Shown piece by piece: positions 62,584-64,000 of a stretch of DNA of 64,000 nucleotides (position 1 is its first letter; every line of letters begins with the position of its first letter). Source of the DNA: Ylistrum balloti (lineage: Eukaryota). Location of the stretch: NCBI RefSeq assembly GCF_031769215.1, contig NW_026782479.1, positions 434,001 to 498,000 of the forward strand. The letters run 5' to 3'. Made by a program: the position numbers and the translations under genes. Under the pieces are notes generated by a model. It made no database searches and had not been told where the DNA came from. It was given only the letters and a program-made list of their open reading frames with translations.

Positions 62584-64000
62584 TGTTGTGTTTTTTTTAA
62601 ACTGTCTGTGAAATGTCATGGATCTGTTGTTGGAACTGAATCAAAACCTATATGTAAATGATGTGTTAAAATGAAGTCAACAAGCATCCTTATCAATAGC
62701 TTATTTATAAAATTTAAAAATTTATAGCCATACTTAAAATATTTATAATAACAAATGATGGTTATAGCAATCACACATCAGGGTCACTATAACCTTGTTA
62801 CAATATTACTAATGATTTAATATCGTTAACTTGCCGAGCTCCTAATTCAGGTACAGCAGATTGTATATAGTAACCATGGTAATCAATTTGTCTTAATGAA
62901 ACACTACAGATATATGCATATCATTGTATTAGTAAGATAATAGTGACTTCAATACCTGGTTAGAACTTGGTCATCATTGGTCATAATTAAAGGTCAAAGG
63001 TCACTATTGACCATTAAATAATGGAGGCGATTTCCAGTAAAGATTTTTGACAGGCTCAGGTTATATTTATGTTGAAGTTCAGTGTATCAGAATAGGTTTT
63101 CATATGTGTGGTACAACCAGCCATAGGTTTATGTATAATATACTGGTGACGATACATTACTCAACAACTGAACAGTGAAGGGTAACATGTACTAGATGGC
63201 AATCCAATTTACAGGTCATTTTTATGTGAATTCTCACATCAATTATAACATCATAAATGCTCCAAAGGTTATCCTTTGCTATATTTCCTTACATTGTGCC
63301 CCATACTCTCTCCTTATGTCCCAAGCTTCCCTCATTTCAGACCGTTGTTGTTGACGATAGCAAGGTAAGTTAAACATACCCTTATCTTACCCACAACATT
63401 TCACTTTCAAAAACTATTTGTTTTTCAAATTGTGCTGTTGTGTGATGTTTGATTAGCTGTTTTATATTGACTAGGAAAATAAGCCTTGATGGAAGTTTTC
63501 TTTAGCTTCTGTATGTTTGTGCATCTGTTTGTGGCCTTGTTGAATGTCTCACAGTCTGTCAAATGTCTTTTCAATATCAACCATGCTGAGAGGAAGAAAC
63601 ATTACTTTTGTTGAAACTTGAAATTATTCTAAACTTCTTAATTTTCTGCTTCAGATTTCTTATAAAAAATGCATACAATAAATGAACTAGGTTCATCTAT
63701 GAAGTATTATACTGATAATTTATTCCATGAAAGTGATACTTAGTAAATACTTTATTATAAAATGGTAGTGCATTGCTTTAAATTGCTGGTTTGCTGCCTT
63801 AGGTATTGCTTTCTGATTACTTGATGTAGCTTTTGTAATGTATGGTTCTTCTTGTGCATGGATATAACATTTAAACTGTGACCTTATGGAATGTAAATAG
63901 GGAGCTTCTTGTGTAGATGTTTGAAATAAATCTGTTTAAAAACAAGTTATCTACCTTAACTGGGGCTACTTAAACAACTGCTAACAGTCAGGGGTTTTGT

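Noticed and set aside
61519-64000. Next DIP2 exon (expected DAGSQQIGFLLGSCG-like sequence)
   Set aside because: Not found by eye on the plus strand; presumably beyond the window.
1-64000. tRNA, rRNA, snoRNA or miRNA genes
   Set aside because: None recognisable by eye. The tRNA-like B-box near 8640 belongs to a SINE. An Infernal/Rfam and tRNAscan-SE run would be needed to exclude them.

Overview
AT-rich, intron-rich animal genomic DNA. The repeat families (V-domain-type SINE, Helentron-associated HINE-type elements) suggest a bivalve mollusc, possibly a scallop; this is an inference. Two protein-coding genes sit head-to-head with only 214 bp between their start codons. A complete 8-exon CNPPD1 lies on the minus strand (13125->7407, 456 aa). 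The first 12 coding exons of DIP2 lie on the plus strand (13340->61518, 422 codons, continuing beyond the window), with a 25.5-kb first intron and an 11.8-kb second intron. All exons were assembled by hand and have GT-AG junctions with consistent phases. The shared promoter carries a perfect TCTCGCGAGA (BANP/CGCG) element plus ETS and YY1 motifs. The introns hold SINEs, MITEs (one with perfect TIRs and a 5-bp TSD), HINE-type elements and several decayed retrotransposon remnants. Four unrelated homogeneous minisatellites (40, 53, 83, 51 bp) lie within 10 kb of DIP2 introns 2-3; two repeat sense-strand AATAAA, one is YCAY-dense and one has a hairpin in every unit. I found no rRNA, tRNA or CRISPR array, and no new system that the sequence alone proves. 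The best candidates are the bidirectional promoter and possible VNTR-dependent control of DIP2 RNA processing, both hypotheses.
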